Shown here: positions 38,901 to 47,072 of the stretch, one piece after another
Layout: each line of letters begins with the position of its first letter
Numbering within the stretch: position 1 is the first letter of the stretch
Assembly: GCA_963769145.1 (NCBI GenBank)
Contig: CAVYKS010000009.1
Location: forward strand, 586,919-650,918
Source of the DNA: an uncultured Actinomycetota bacterium
Lineage (GTDB): Bacteria > Actinomycetota > Actinomycetes > Streptosporangiales > Streptosporangiaceae
DNA: 64,000 nucleotides
Direction of reading: 5' to 3'
Program-made: the position numbers and the translations under genes
The notes under the pieces: model-generated
The model's database searches: none
Seen by the model: the letters and a program-made list of their open reading frames with translations, nothing else
Told to the model about the DNA's origin: nothing

Positions 38901-39933
38901 GATCGATGACAACGGCACCCTCGATACCGTCGGTGCCCAGGCGGGACTCCGCCACCTGGTAGCCGCCGTCGACGAGGACCACATGAAGGGGGAGAGCGCC
39001 CGACCGGCCGGGCGTAAATGGCGGCCGGGCGGCCAGCTCGGCGCCGATCAGTGCCTCAAGCTGTAGCAGGCCGAGCGCCATCAGGCGAACCGGTCCCGCC
39101 GCGTCGGCCTCGACCGGGTGCATGTTGTGCGGCAGCCACTTGATCCATTGCCACCACCCCATCCGATCCGGCGAGACGCACACGCTGATGTGCACGTCGT
39201 CCGGGGAATGGAAGATCGCAAGCTGCGCGATCATCGCCCGGACCATGCCGTAGACCGCCTCGGGCTCGCCGCTTACCGCGATCCGGGCGAACGCGCGCAG
39301 CGAGATCCCGATCGGCAGGTCGGAAACGCTGTTGTGGGCTCTGATGAACCGCCGCAGAGCTCCCGCGCAGAGCGGATCAAGATCCTCGACCGGCTTGGTT
39401 TCCGGCGACACGAGCTTGACCGCCAGCTGGTGCGTGCCGGTGCCGATCCGGACTTTGGCGAAGTCCTCGCCAGACGAGCGCCGCTCCCAGACCCGCCGTA
39501 GCTCGGGATCGATCAGCAGCGCGACAAGCGCACCCGGGTCGGGGCTGACCCACTCAAGCGCCTCCCGCTGGGCCGCGGCGGCCGCGCGTACCTTGCGCCG
39601 CACTTGGCCCAGGTAACGCAGGTAGTCCCGGCGCAGGCCGTTGAGCTTCAGGTTCCGCTCGCCGCGGCCGCGCCCCATCTGGGTGAGCATCATGCCGCCC
39701 ATGCCCAGGGCCATCGCGCCGCCGCCCACATAGAGGATCTTGTTCGAGCTGTTCCCGGCGAACATCGAGCCCATCCCGACCATCATCGCGATCATCGGAA
39801 GGTACATCAGCGTCTGCCGGAAGCTGTCGGGCGCGGCCTCGGGGATCTCCGGCGGGGACTCGAGCAGGATCTCACCGCTGGGAAGCTCCGGCGGATCGTG
39901 CCGCTCGGTCCGGCGGACGACGACGGTGCTCAC
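35815..39933 (-). CDS. eccC: Type VII secretion protein EccC (FtsK/SpoIIIE-family, three P-loop domains, fused EccCa/EccCb)
   Basis: 1372 aa. Two N-terminal TM helices, then three Walker A sites: GATGSGKSELLRTL, GAPRSGKSTMLRTL and GDAECGKSNLLRLL. Confidence 0.95.
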   Translation of the reverse strand: MSTVVVRRTERHDPPELPSGEILLESPPEIPEAAPDSFRQTLMYLPMIAMMVGMGSMFAGNSSNKILYVGGGAMALGMGGMMLTQMGRGRGERNLKLNGLRRDYLRYLGQVRRKVRAAAAAQREALEWVSPDPGALVALLIDPELRRVWERRSSGEDFAKVRIGTGTHQLAVKLVSPETKPVEDLDPLCAGALRRFIRAHNSVSDLPIGISLRAFARIAVSGEPEAVYGMVRAMIAQLAIFHSPDDVHISVCVSPDRMGWWQWIKWLPHNMHPVEADAAGPVRLMALGLLQLEALIGAELAARPPFTPGRSGALPLHVVLVDGGYQVAESRLGTDGIEGAVVIDLTQGSLAVPSTLTAPALRLSVTSGVTEMITRDRTGAEVRSPIGVPDSMSLAEAEAFARQLAPLRPGSGAADDPLAADTTLTSLLGIASPFALNLGVLWQPRPPRGRLRVPIGTNAEGQPVELDIKEAAQGGMGPHGLVIGATGSGKSELLRTLVLSLALTHPSDALNFVLVDFKGGATFLGLERLTHVSAVITNLADELPLVDRMRDALNGELVRRQELLRAAGNASLRDYARAREQGADLPSVPTLFVVIDEFSELLSVRPDFIDLFVMIGRLGRSLGVHLLLASQRLEEGKLRGLDTHLSYRIGLRTFSAMESRVVLGVPDAYELPPQPGSGYLKFGTDDMTRFKAAYVSGSAVAEPARTQRTRMRPAIVPFGPGYIRPEMAPDGQEPVQADQAGLAGRAETLLDIVVGQLAGHGPDAHQIWLPPLGQPPTLGELLPSLMITQQHGCTVPNSQLRGGLRAVTGIVDRPFEQRRDPLWVDLSAAAGHAAVVGAPRSGKSTMLRTLICSLALLHTPAETQFYCLDFGGGSLGSLGALPHVGGVAARLDTTKVRRTVAEVRGVLTRREKEFAGQGIESISAYRTMRASGKITGDGFGDVFLVVDDWLTLRQDFEDLEQEVTAIAARGLGYGVHVVASAGKWTEFRPAIRDLFGTRLELRLGDPYESEIDRKLAANVPETSPGRGITRDGLHFLTALPRIDSQPSPDTLAEGVQKLAETVAMAWPADRAPRVRLLPDSFPVTALPGSAQTGTKIAFGVDESTLSPVLLDFGADAHLLVFGDAECGKSNLLRLLAESVTERYAPDQARLIFIDYRRALLDSTESELTLGYAASSAAAAPIIGEVREALTQRLPPPDLTPQQLRSRSWWDGSDLFLIVDDYDLVAGATNPLLPIADLVPQARDIGLHLILARSAGGAGRAMFDPIIQRAREMGSPGVIMSGAKDEGALIGGVKAQAQPPGRGFFVERRTGSRLVQVALLDDGRRPPASSTPHTIEMSRPRAVGEAVIGSVPRQPGAPSAPSARSPDHGAEGD

Positions 39934-40081
39934 GGCCCGGCCTTCCTTTCCGCCGCTCTGGGCACGCGCAGCGCGATTCGGCCGGCTGGCCCTACGCTGA
40001 GTGTTAATATTTTACGGCTGTATTTCCGGACTGGCGGGCACAACGGATGTGTACAGGCGCCCGATCCGTGGAAGGGGTCAA

Positions 40082-41473
40082 ATGGCGTCGGCAGCCGGAT
40101 CGGACCTGTGCCGGGTGACCGTCGTCGGTCCATCCCGGCGGATTGACATCGCTTTCCCAGGCTATGTGACGTTCGCTGATCTGTTTCCCACGGTGGCTAA
40201 GCATGCGGGCCTCAGCGGACCCGACGTGGTGGGGGAGCAGGGCGGCTGGGTGTTGCAGCGCCTCGGCGAGGAGCCGTTCGCTCCGGCGATGACCCCGCAG
40301 CAGGCTGGCCTCCGCGACGGCGAGACGATCTATCTGCGGCCGCGCCGCGCCCAGATACCGCGGATGGCCTTCGACGACGTGGCCGACGTGATCGCGAGCG
40401 GACTGAGCGATCTGCCTGGCCGGTGGGCAGTTCGCCAGGCCCGCTGGGTGGCGCTGGGCGCGGCCCTGGCGGCGCTTGCCGCTGGAGCGGTGTTCATACT
40501 CCGCTCGGGACCGCCAGGGCCGGTTCCGGGGGTGGCGGCCGCGGCGGTCGCGGTCACGCTGCTACTCGCGGTCCTGTCGGTATCGAGAGCCGCGGGTGAC
40601 TCGCGGGCCGGGGCGACGCTAGGTTACGCGGCGCTTCCCTACGCGTTCCTGGCCGGGCTGCTCGGGCCAGCGCGAGCGGTACCGCTCGCGCATCTCGGCG
40701 CCGTGCACATGCTGTCGGCGTTCGCGGCCGTGGCGCTGACCGCGGTGGTGGCCGCCGTGGCGTCGGCCGAGCTGTGGCTGTACTTCGGCGTCGTGGTCGC
40801 GTCGCTGCTCGCCGTCCTCGGCGCCTGGGTCGGGTATATGTTCGGCGTCGGCTTCGCCGCGGCGGCGGCCGTGGTCGCGGTTCTCGCCCTGGCCCTCACC
40901 CCGCTGATTCCCGCGGTGTCGTTCTGGCTGGCGCGGATGGCGCTTCCCCAGGTGCCGCGGCACGCCGACGACCTGAGGCAGGACACGCTTACCATCGATG
41001 GGTCCGAGGTGTTCGGCCGGACGGCCTCGGCCGACCAGTTCGTGACCGCCGCCGTGTCTGGCATCGGCCTGGTGGGGGCGGCAGCGGCGGTAGCGCTGGC
41101 CTTCACCCGGAGCTGGCTTGGCCTGGGTACCTGCGCCGTGCTTGCCTGCACGCTGCTGCTACGCGCCCGGCTTTTCCGCGGCCTGAGTCAGCGGCTATGG
41201 CTGCTGGTCCCCGGCTTCGGCGGCCTGGCGCTGCTCGCGATCGGCGAGGTCCACGGGTCCTCCCAGGCACAGCATCTGGCGCTCGCTCTTGGGCCGCTGG
41301 TCGCCGGCGTGGCCGTGGTCGTCGGCGTCGGCATGTGGCTGCCGAGTCACCGGCCCTCGCCGTTCTGGGGCCGGGTAGCCGACATCGCCGACACCGCGCT
41401 CAACATCGGCCTGATCCCGCTCGCCCTCGGCGTCGCCGGGGTCTTCGGCCAGGTCCGCGGCCTGGGCGGTTGA
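40082..41473 (+). CDS. eccD: Type VII secretion integral membrane protein EccD
   Basis: The N-terminal ubiquitin-like segment LCRVTVVGPSRRIDIAFPGYVTFADLFPTV is followed by about 11 TM helices. ATG 40082 is chosen; it is divergent from eccC. Confidence 0.85.
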   Translation: MASAAGSDLCRVTVVGPSRRIDIAFPGYVTFADLFPTVAKHAGLSGPDVVGEQGGWVLQRLGEEPFAPAMTPQQAGLRDGETIYLRPRRAQIPRMAFDDVADVIASGLSDLPGRWAVRQARWVALGAALAALAAGAVFILRSGPPGPVPGVAAAAVAVTLLLAVLSVSRAAGDSRAGATLGYAALPYAFLAGLLGPARAVPLAHLGAVHMLSAFAAVALTAVVAAVASAELWLYFGVVVASLLAVLGAWVGYMFGVGFAAAAAVVAVLALALTPLIPAVSFWLARMALPQVPRHADDLRQDTLTIDGSEVFGRTASADQFVTAAVSGIGLVGAAAAVALAFTRSWLGLGTCAVLACTLLLRARLFRGLSQRLWLLVPGFGGLALLAIGEVHGSSQAQHLALALGPLVAGVAVVVGVGMWLPSHRPSPFWGRVADIADTALNIGLIPLALGVAGVFGQVRGLGG

Positions 41474-41477
41474 CACC

Positions 41478-42860
41478 ATGACTATGCAGAGCCGCAGGGA
41501 TCTGTTCCGGGCCCACCGGCTGATGACTCAGCGGGCGTCGCTAGCGCTGCTGCGCGGCGAGCCCGATATCCCTGACCAGCCGTTGCGCCGCCTGAATGTA
41601 GCGGTGTTCTCCGGTGTGCTTGTCGGTGCGATCGTCATCGGGCTGTTCTTCATCTGGGGCCTGATCGGACACGGCGGTTCGCCGCTGCAGAACCAGCCGG
41701 GCACGCTGGTCATCGACAAGCAGACCGGTACGTCGTTTGTCTTCTGCCGGGGTGACGAGCTCTGCCCGGCGGTGAACTACGCGTCGGCCCGGCTAGCGCT
41801 GAACAGCACGTCGCTGAACCAGCAGACAGTGAGCCAGTCGGCGCTCGCGAAGTTCGCCCGCGGGCCGCTTATCGGCATTCCTGGGCTGCCCGAGCCGTTG
41901 CCCGACAGCAAGCTGCTGATCCGCCAGCCCTGGTCTGTGTGCACCGCTCAGACGACAACTCCCGTAGCAGGCAAGCAGACCGTTACCGTTTTGGCTGTCG
42001 GCATCCCCGTCACCGGTCAACCGCTGGGGAGTGGCGCGCTGGTGGCCAGGGCGCTTGGCCAGGACTGGGTGATCTGGAATGGCCAGCGCCTGGCGATACA
42101 AGCGGGCTTGCTCCCGGCGCTGCTGCGCGTCGGCCAGTCGGTCGTGGCGGTGCCGTCGGTCTGGCTCAATGCGCTGCCCCAGGGACCGGCGTTCGCGCCG
42201 CCGAAGATAGCGCACCGGGGCGCGAAGGTGGCCGGCCCGACCGGCGCGCTCGTGGCTGTCGGGCAGGTCTTCAGCGTGACCGCGGTGGCCGGCACGCAGT
42301 ACTACGTGATGCTCAAGGGCGGCCTGGCTCAGATCACGCAGACCCAGGCGCAACTCTTGGGCTTCGAGCCGGGCGCGCCGGCCCGGGCCACGCTGAGCCC
42401 GCCTGAGGTCGACGGCCATCTCTCGGCGGTCAGGGTACCGGGCGGCGGGTTGCCGAGCAGCGTCCCCGCCGTCACGGCGCCCGCTCCAACCGTCCCGCTC
42501 TGCGTGGTGTACTCCGGCGCGGGCCGAAACCTGACCAGGCAGGTCGAGGCCGGAGGGCAGATGCCGCCCGGCGGAGTGCCGACCGGTGCACCGGGCGGCG
42601 TGGGCCGGGTGACGCTCCCGCCAGGTTCCGGTGCGCTGGTCGGGGCCGATCCCGGGACCGGCCCTGACCCCGGCGTGATCAGCTACTTCCTGGTGGCGGA
42701 CGGCCGCAGGTTCGCCCTCGCGTCGACCAGGGTGGCCGGTATGCTCGGCTACGGCCTCTCGCAGGCCGTGCTCTTGCCCGCGGGCGTCGTTGACCTGATC
42801 CCATCTGGCCCCGCGCTCGACCCGGCAAGGGCAGCCAGACCGGTACCGTCCGGCCGGTAA
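41478..42860 (+). CDS. eccB: Type VII secretion protein EccB
   Basis: N-terminus QSRRDLFRAHRLMTQRASLALLRGEPD, one TM helix, then a large extracytoplasmic domain. It starts 4 nt after the eccD stop. Confidence 0.85.
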   Translation: MTMQSRRDLFRAHRLMTQRASLALLRGEPDIPDQPLRRLNVAVFSGVLVGAIVIGLFFIWGLIGHGGSPLQNQPGTLVIDKQTGTSFVFCRGDELCPAVNYASARLALNSTSLNQQTVSQSALAKFARGPLIGIPGLPEPLPDSKLLIRQPWSVCTAQTTTPVAGKQTVTVLAVGIPVTGQPLGSGALVARALGQDWVIWNGQRLAIQAGLLPALLRVGQSVVAVPSVWLNALPQGPAFAPPKIAHRGAKVAGPTGALVAVGQVFSVTAVAGTQYYVMLKGGLAQITQTQAQLLGFEPGAPARATLSPPEVDGHLSAVRVPGGGLPSSVPAVTAPAPTVPLCVVYSGAGRNLTRQVEAGGQMPPGGVPTGAPGGVGRVTLPPGSGALVGADPGTGPDPGVISYFLVADGRRFALASTRVAGMLGYGLSQAVLLPAGVVDLIPSGPALDPARAARPVPSGR

Positions 42861-42991
42861 TGGGCGTCGGTATTTGCGGCGCACCTAACCGGTCATAACA
42901 CCCAACAGCGGCCGAAGATCAAGAGGCGACCATAAATAGCCCGAACGTTTCGCGTATCGAATTGATAACAGCGCGTAGTTCCCCGTCCGGG

Positions 42992-43020
42992 TTGACGCAA
43001 ATCCTAGTTTTAGCCAAAAT
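42992..43020 (+). promoter_or_regulatory. Candidate sigma70-type promoter upstream of the esx pair (TTGACG-17 nt-CAAAAT)
   Basis: Read directly in the AT-richer 220-nt eccB-esxB intergenic region. This is a pattern match only, and the -10 element is weak. Confidence 0.25.
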
Positions 43021-43081
43021 TGGTCATGTTCCGTGGCGGGAGAGTTTCCTGGTCCTGCCCAGAGTTCACGGGAGGTGTGGG

Positions 43082-43396
43082 ATGGCTGGACAGGTAACCG
43101 TAAACAGAGCGGCGATGGTGACCGCTGCCCAGCAGGTCGAGAGCGCGCTCGGAGAGATCCGCGCTCAGCAGACCCGGCTGGTCGGCACCCACGACACGCT
43201 GCAGGGTGGCTGGCAGGGCGAAGCGTCCACGGCGTTCACCAATGCCTTCAACGAGTTCAACAGCGACTTCGCCATCGTGATCAGCGCGCTCGACGGGATC
43301 CACTCCCGGCTCGTCAGCGGCCACGCCAACTACAACACCGTTGAGTCGGCCAACACGACGACGGCGGGCAAGATCGCAAGCGCACTGAACCGGTAG
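43082..43396 (+). CDS. esxB: WXG100-family protein, EsxB/CFP-10-like
   Basis: 104 aa. W-x-G at GGWQGEA (about residues 44-46). The C-terminal YNTVE (residues 84-88) fits the YxxxD/E export motif. A gggagg SD is upstream. Confidence 0.85.
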   Translation: MAGQVTVNRAAMVTAAQQVESALGEIRAQQTRLVGTHDTLQGGWQGEASTAFTNAFNEFNSDFAIVISALDGIHSRLVSGHANYNTVESANTTTAGKIASALNR

Positions 43397-43416
43397 CAAG
43401 GCAAGGAGACGCGAAG

Positions 43417-43707
43417 ATGAGCGAATACACCGCCGTACATTTCGGCGCGATGCAGACCGCGGAGGCTGACTTCGGCTCGACCTACCAGGCGCTGCAGAAC
43501 ACTCTGACCACGCTGGAGTCCCAGCTCCAGTCCAGCCTGAACCAGTGGACCGGTGAGGCTCAGACAGCGTATTACGCGGCTAAGAAGAAGTGGGACGCCG
43601 CTGCGGCCGACATGGCTCACGTGGTGTCCGCGCTCGGCCAGGTTGTCGGCGTCGCCAACGAGAATTACGCGAACGCCGAGCGGACCAACATGGCGATGTG
43701 GGAGTAA
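43417..43707 (+). CDS. esxA: WXG100-family protein, EsxA/ESAT-6-like
   Basis: 96 aa. W-x-G at NQWTGEA (44-46), YANAE at 84-88, and an aaggag SD. Confidence 0.9.
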   Translation: MSEYTAVHFGAMQTAEADFGSTYQALQNTLTTLESQLQSSLNQWTGEAQTAYYAAKKKWDAAAADMAHVVSALGQVVGVANENYANAERTNMAMWE

Positions 43708-43719
43708 CGCGGGTTCACG

Positions 43720-44229
43720 ATGGGCGCGATTGGCGATCACATGGCGCTTTCGGATCAGGAAAAACTCGATCAGCAGACACCAGCGGGCAGCGGGCAGGGC
43801 GGGTACAACTCGGACGGGTCGGGAAAGGTCAACGACTTCAAGCCGTCGGGGTTGCCCACGTCGAACTGGCCCCCTGGTCTGAAAGCTGACGGACAGTTCA
43901 GCGTGCACAGGGACGCACTGACTCGGGTGGCCGGTCAGATGAATGCCGACCTGACCGAGTTGCAGAACACGCTGAGCACGCTGAACGGCGGCGGGGCCGG
44001 TGGCGCGACGCTCGGTGGCTGGGAAACCGCGGACGGGATGGGAAATAATGCCGGCCAGGCCTACTACGGGATCTCTACGTTCTACCAGTCACTCAACGAC
44101 GTCTACGACCAGGTGATCGGTTACCTGCACCAGACGGTTACCAACTACGCCGACGCCGAGACCACCACGGCGACCGCGGCGAACAACGTGGGCACCGACG
44201 TCGCGCCGGGCCGCCCGAACGGCGGCTGA
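43720..44229 (+). CDS. Hypothetical WXG-like protein, candidate T7SS substrate
   Basis: 169 aa. A helical core carries LGGWETADG (W-x-x) and TNYADAE (YxxxE). It lies immediately downstream of the esx pair. Confidence 0.55.
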   Translation: MGAIGDHMALSDQEKLDQQTPAGSGQGGYNSDGSGKVNDFKPSGLPTSNWPPGLKADGQFSVHRDALTRVAGQMNADLTELQNTLSTLNGGGAGGATLGGWETADGMGNNAGQAYYGISTFYQSLNDVYDQVIGYLHQTVTNYADAETTTATAANNVGTDVAPGRPNGG

Positions 44230-44250
44230 GGCTGCGGGAAGAGGAACCAG

Positions 44251-45627
44251 ATGCTCATCGGAGGTGGCGGTGGGTGGGGTGCGGTCACCGGCAACACCTA
44301 CCAGATCAAGACCATGGCGGTCCCGTCCGCTTCCGCTAGCGGTATGACGGCGTCGGAGATCGAGAAGCTGTTCTCATACCTCGACCCTTCTGCCGTGGCA
44401 GAGGCGGGAAAGGCGCATACGGCGGCGGCCAAGACGCTTCAGTCGATCGCGGATTCTCTGGTCACGCACGCGCAGGCGCTTGCCGACGGCTGGAACGGGA
44501 CGACGGCGCAGGCATCGATCACCGCTTTGCAGCAACTCCACCAGACGGCTGTGCAGCTCTCGCATGCGTCTGCGCAGACCGGTCAGGTGCTGACCTGGCT
44601 GGGCGAGACGATCCTGCCCTACTACAAAAACTGGACGGCGCCCGGCAACGGGGTCATGGGCACCATCGAGAGCTTTTTCGGTAGCAATCCGCAGGATCAT
44701 GCCGCGCAGCAGGTCATGCAGCGGCTCAACGACCGGCTCAGCCAGGCCAACGCTGCCCTGCCAGGCAGCGTCAGCATCAACCTGCCGAAGATCGGCAAGG
44801 CCGGCCACGCCCCCGCGACCACTGGCGGTTCAGGGTCCGGCCGGGGTGCCGGCGCGGCGGCCGGCGGCGTGGGCCTCACGAGCGCAGCCCGCGGCGCGGT
44901 CAGCCCGGCGACAGGCGGCAGCGGCGGTGTCGTCGGCGTCAAGCCTGGTGGTGCCGGTGTGAGCGGCGCTGGCTTTGGCGGCGGTCGCGGCGTGGTGCCG
45001 ACCGGATCCGGCGGGCACGTTTCGCCACCTATCCATCTCGTAAACGTTAATCCGCCCGGCGGTACGCCGCCGAGCGTTGGCGGCGTCCCTGGCGGTCCGG
45101 GAGGCGTACCTGGCGGCGGCTTGTCCGGCGGGACCTCGCCCGGCGGCGGCGTAGCTGGCGGGCCGGGCCCCATCGGTCTCGGGCCGGGCCCGGGCACCGG
45201 TCAGGGAGCGGGCGGTGCACCAGGACTCGGCGGCGAGCCCCCCGGCGGAGTCGGTGTCTTGCCTGGGGAGCCCGGCGGAACCGGCGAGCCGGGCGGTGGC
45301 GTCGGCGGAGGTGCCTCGGGAAGCGCGGGCGCAGTCGGCGAGGACGTAGGGTCCTTGCCTGGCGAGAGCGCGATCGTGGGCTCCGACGGGATGATCGGCA
45401 CCGGGCCGGGGATGGCCGAGGGCGAGGTCGGGTCTGGTAATACCGGGGCGACCGGCTTCCTCGGGGCCGATGACGCGGCGACCCAATCGGGTGGCGGGTT
45501 CCCGATGAGCGGCGGCTCAGGCGGCGGGGGGCGCGAGAGCGAGCGCTACCGGCAGGCCTGGATGGCCGAGGACCTCGATACCTGGGAAGGCCCGGCCGCA
45601 CCGGCCCCATCGCTGATCGGCGAGTGA
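44251..45627 (+). CDS. WXG/PPE-like N-terminal domain protein with long Gly/Pro-rich C-terminal region
   Basis: The N-terminal ~150 aa form a helical hairpin with LADGWNGTTAQA. About 250 aa of G/P/S/V low complexity follow. The conserved-looking tail is ERYRQAWMAEDLDTWEGP. Confidence 0.6.
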   Translation: MLIGGGGGWGAVTGNTYQIKTMAVPSASASGMTASEIEKLFSYLDPSAVAEAGKAHTAAAKTLQSIADSLVTHAQALADGWNGTTAQASITALQQLHQTAVQLSHASAQTGQVLTWLGETILPYYKNWTAPGNGVMGTIESFFGSNPQDHAAQQVMQRLNDRLSQANAALPGSVSINLPKIGKAGHAPATTGGSGSGRGAGAAAGGVGLTSAARGAVSPATGGSGGVVGVKPGGAGVSGAGFGGGRGVVPTGSGGHVSPPIHLVNVNPPGGTPPSVGGVPGGPGGVPGGGLSGGTSPGGGVAGGPGPIGLGPGPGTGQGAGGAPGLGGEPPGGVGVLPGEPGGTGEPGGGVGGGASGSAGAVGEDVGSLPGESAIVGSDGMIGTGPGMAEGEVGSGNTGATGFLGADDAATQSGGGFPMSGGSGGGGRESERYRQAWMAEDLDTWEGPAAPAPSLIGE

Positions 45628-45647
45628 CGATCAGCGGGTAACAGCCA

Positions 45648-45680
45648 GAGGCGGCCCCGGACGCTGTCCGGGGCCGCCTC
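45648..45680. terminator. Rho-independent-type hairpin between convergent genes
   Basis: A perfect 14-bp stem, gaggcggccccgga / tccggggccgcctc, with loop cgctg, followed by ctgtttgctg. It lies 20 nt after the stop at 45627. Confidence 0.6.
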
Positions 45681-45708
45681 CTGTTTGCTGAATCGGTCGG
45701 TGAGGGAG

Positions 45709-46950
45709 CTAACGCCCAAGTCCCTCCGTGCCCGGCAGGCATCCACCGCCGGACTCGAACAACGACTTGTTGCTGAACTCTAGCTGGGTAAGGTAGTGAT
45801 GGCCGTTGATCACCTGGTTGAACAGCGCACCAGGCGTGCCAAACGTCGTGCCGAAACGGTAGGCGCACTCGTCGCCGTTTTCGTTGCCCTGAATGTCGAA
45901 ATACCCGGAGTTGGTGTCCGGGTCGGTTCTTGCCTCATTGATCTCGTGGCTTGTGGGACTGATCTCAGTGTCGGCGTCAGGGTTGTTGTTCGGAGACTCG
46001 ATGACTCCAGGGAAATTGATGTTGGTCCCGCAGGTGACCCCCGTGGCTGACAGGTAGACCGGGAACGGCATGTTCGCGTAGATCTCCTCGAACGGCGTGT
46101 TGCTGAACGAGAACCCTGGCATCACGAAGCTGTGGTACGCGCAGAAGGCCGCGGTCGGCTGGTTGTTGATGGTGCAGGCCTGACCGCCGGCGGTGCTGGT
46201 TGTCGAGCCTGGGTTGAAGCAGGACTCGACGTGCTTGGGCAGGAACACCACATAGATGTGAGAGAGATTCTCCGGCAGGCCGTTCGCGGTCGCTACGGAA
46301 TGGGCCTCACCGTTGACCTGGGAATCGTCGAGGCAAGCGCTATATCCTGAGCCGTCCGCGTAGATCCCGGAGCCGTCCGTTGCGGCCACCGTGCAGCCGC
46401 TCGTAGGCAGTGGGTTGGTGTCGTTGACCGGGCTGCCCAGCTTGATGTCGTAACGAACCCGGCCGTCGGTCCCGAAATACTCGCTCGCGACCGAGAACAC
46501 GTTGCCACCGGTGCCACTCGCATGGGCCACGTCCGATAGGTACTGGGTGATGAGTGCCTTGTAAGACGGATCCATCGAGAAGCCGGCCGGGTTCCAGAAG
46601 ATGGGCGTGATGACCAGAGGCCCGGTTAGCTTCGTCCCCATCATCGCGCCGCCGTGCCAGATCAGCGGAGGCTGGCCGTTGGCGTCGACGCCGGCGTTCT
46701 TGCCCATGGCGTTCGACACCACACGGCCAGGATTCCTGGCCTTACAGCTACTGCTGACAGGCACCGCCGGCACGATGCCGGCCTTGTGGCCTACCCGAGT
46801 CCCAATCCTGGCCAGCGTGACGCAGGCGCTCCCTGAATGCGACGCGGGTTGCGCGAATGCTCCAGTGCTCGCCAACGCCAGCGGGGCGGCTCCCGCTGCT
46901 ACAACCGCGAGGGTCACCCATAGACCCCGCTTGCCGAGTGATCTTGTCAT
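45709..46950 (-). CDS. Secreted hypothetical protein (possible PHI-1/EXORDIUM-like fold)
   Basis: Clear signal peptide MTRSLGKRGLWVTLAVVAAGAAPLALASTGAFA. The mature part has PPLIWHGGAMMG...VITPIFWNP and ESPNNNPDADTEISPTSHE, which loosely recall the plant PHI-1/EXORDIUM family. The family call is tentative. Confidence 0.6.
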   Translation of the reverse strand: MTRSLGKRGLWVTLAVVAAGAAPLALASTGAFAQPASHSGSACVTLARIGTRVGHKAGIVPAVPVSSSCKARNPGRVVSNAMGKNAGVDANGQPPLIWHGGAMMGTKLTGPLVITPIFWNPAGFSMDPSYKALITQYLSDVAHASGTGGNVFSVASEYFGTDGRVRYDIKLGSPVNDTNPLPTSGCTVAATDGSGIYADGSGYSACLDDSQVNGEAHSVATANGLPENLSHIYVVFLPKHVESCFNPGSTTSTAGGQACTINNQPTAAFCAYHSFVMPGFSFSNTPFEEIYANMPFPVYLSATGVTCGTNINFPGVIESPNNNPDADTEISPTSHEINEARTDPDTNSGYFDIQGNENGDECAYRFGTTFGTPGALFNQVINGHHYLTQLEFSNKSLFESGGGCLPGTEGLGR

Positions 46951-47015
46951 AAGAGTCCTCCGCCGTTCGGTCGGTGCGCCCGGGCATACTGATGCAGCCC
47001 TTAGCTAAGCGCTCG

Positions 47016-47054
47016 ACTTGACATACCGTTCCGCACGCGGACTTCTGATGTCAA
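47016..47054. promoter_or_regulatory. Nested palindrome (cttgacat-N23-atgtcaag with inner tccgc-ac-gcgga)
   Basis: Read directly in the 122-nt gap between the Trypco-like gene and the downstream secreted-protein gene (both minus strand). It could be an operator, a weak terminator or a promoter (it contains TTGACA on the minus strand). Confidence 0.3.
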
Positions 47055-47072
47055 GATGAAATTTGGCGTGTA

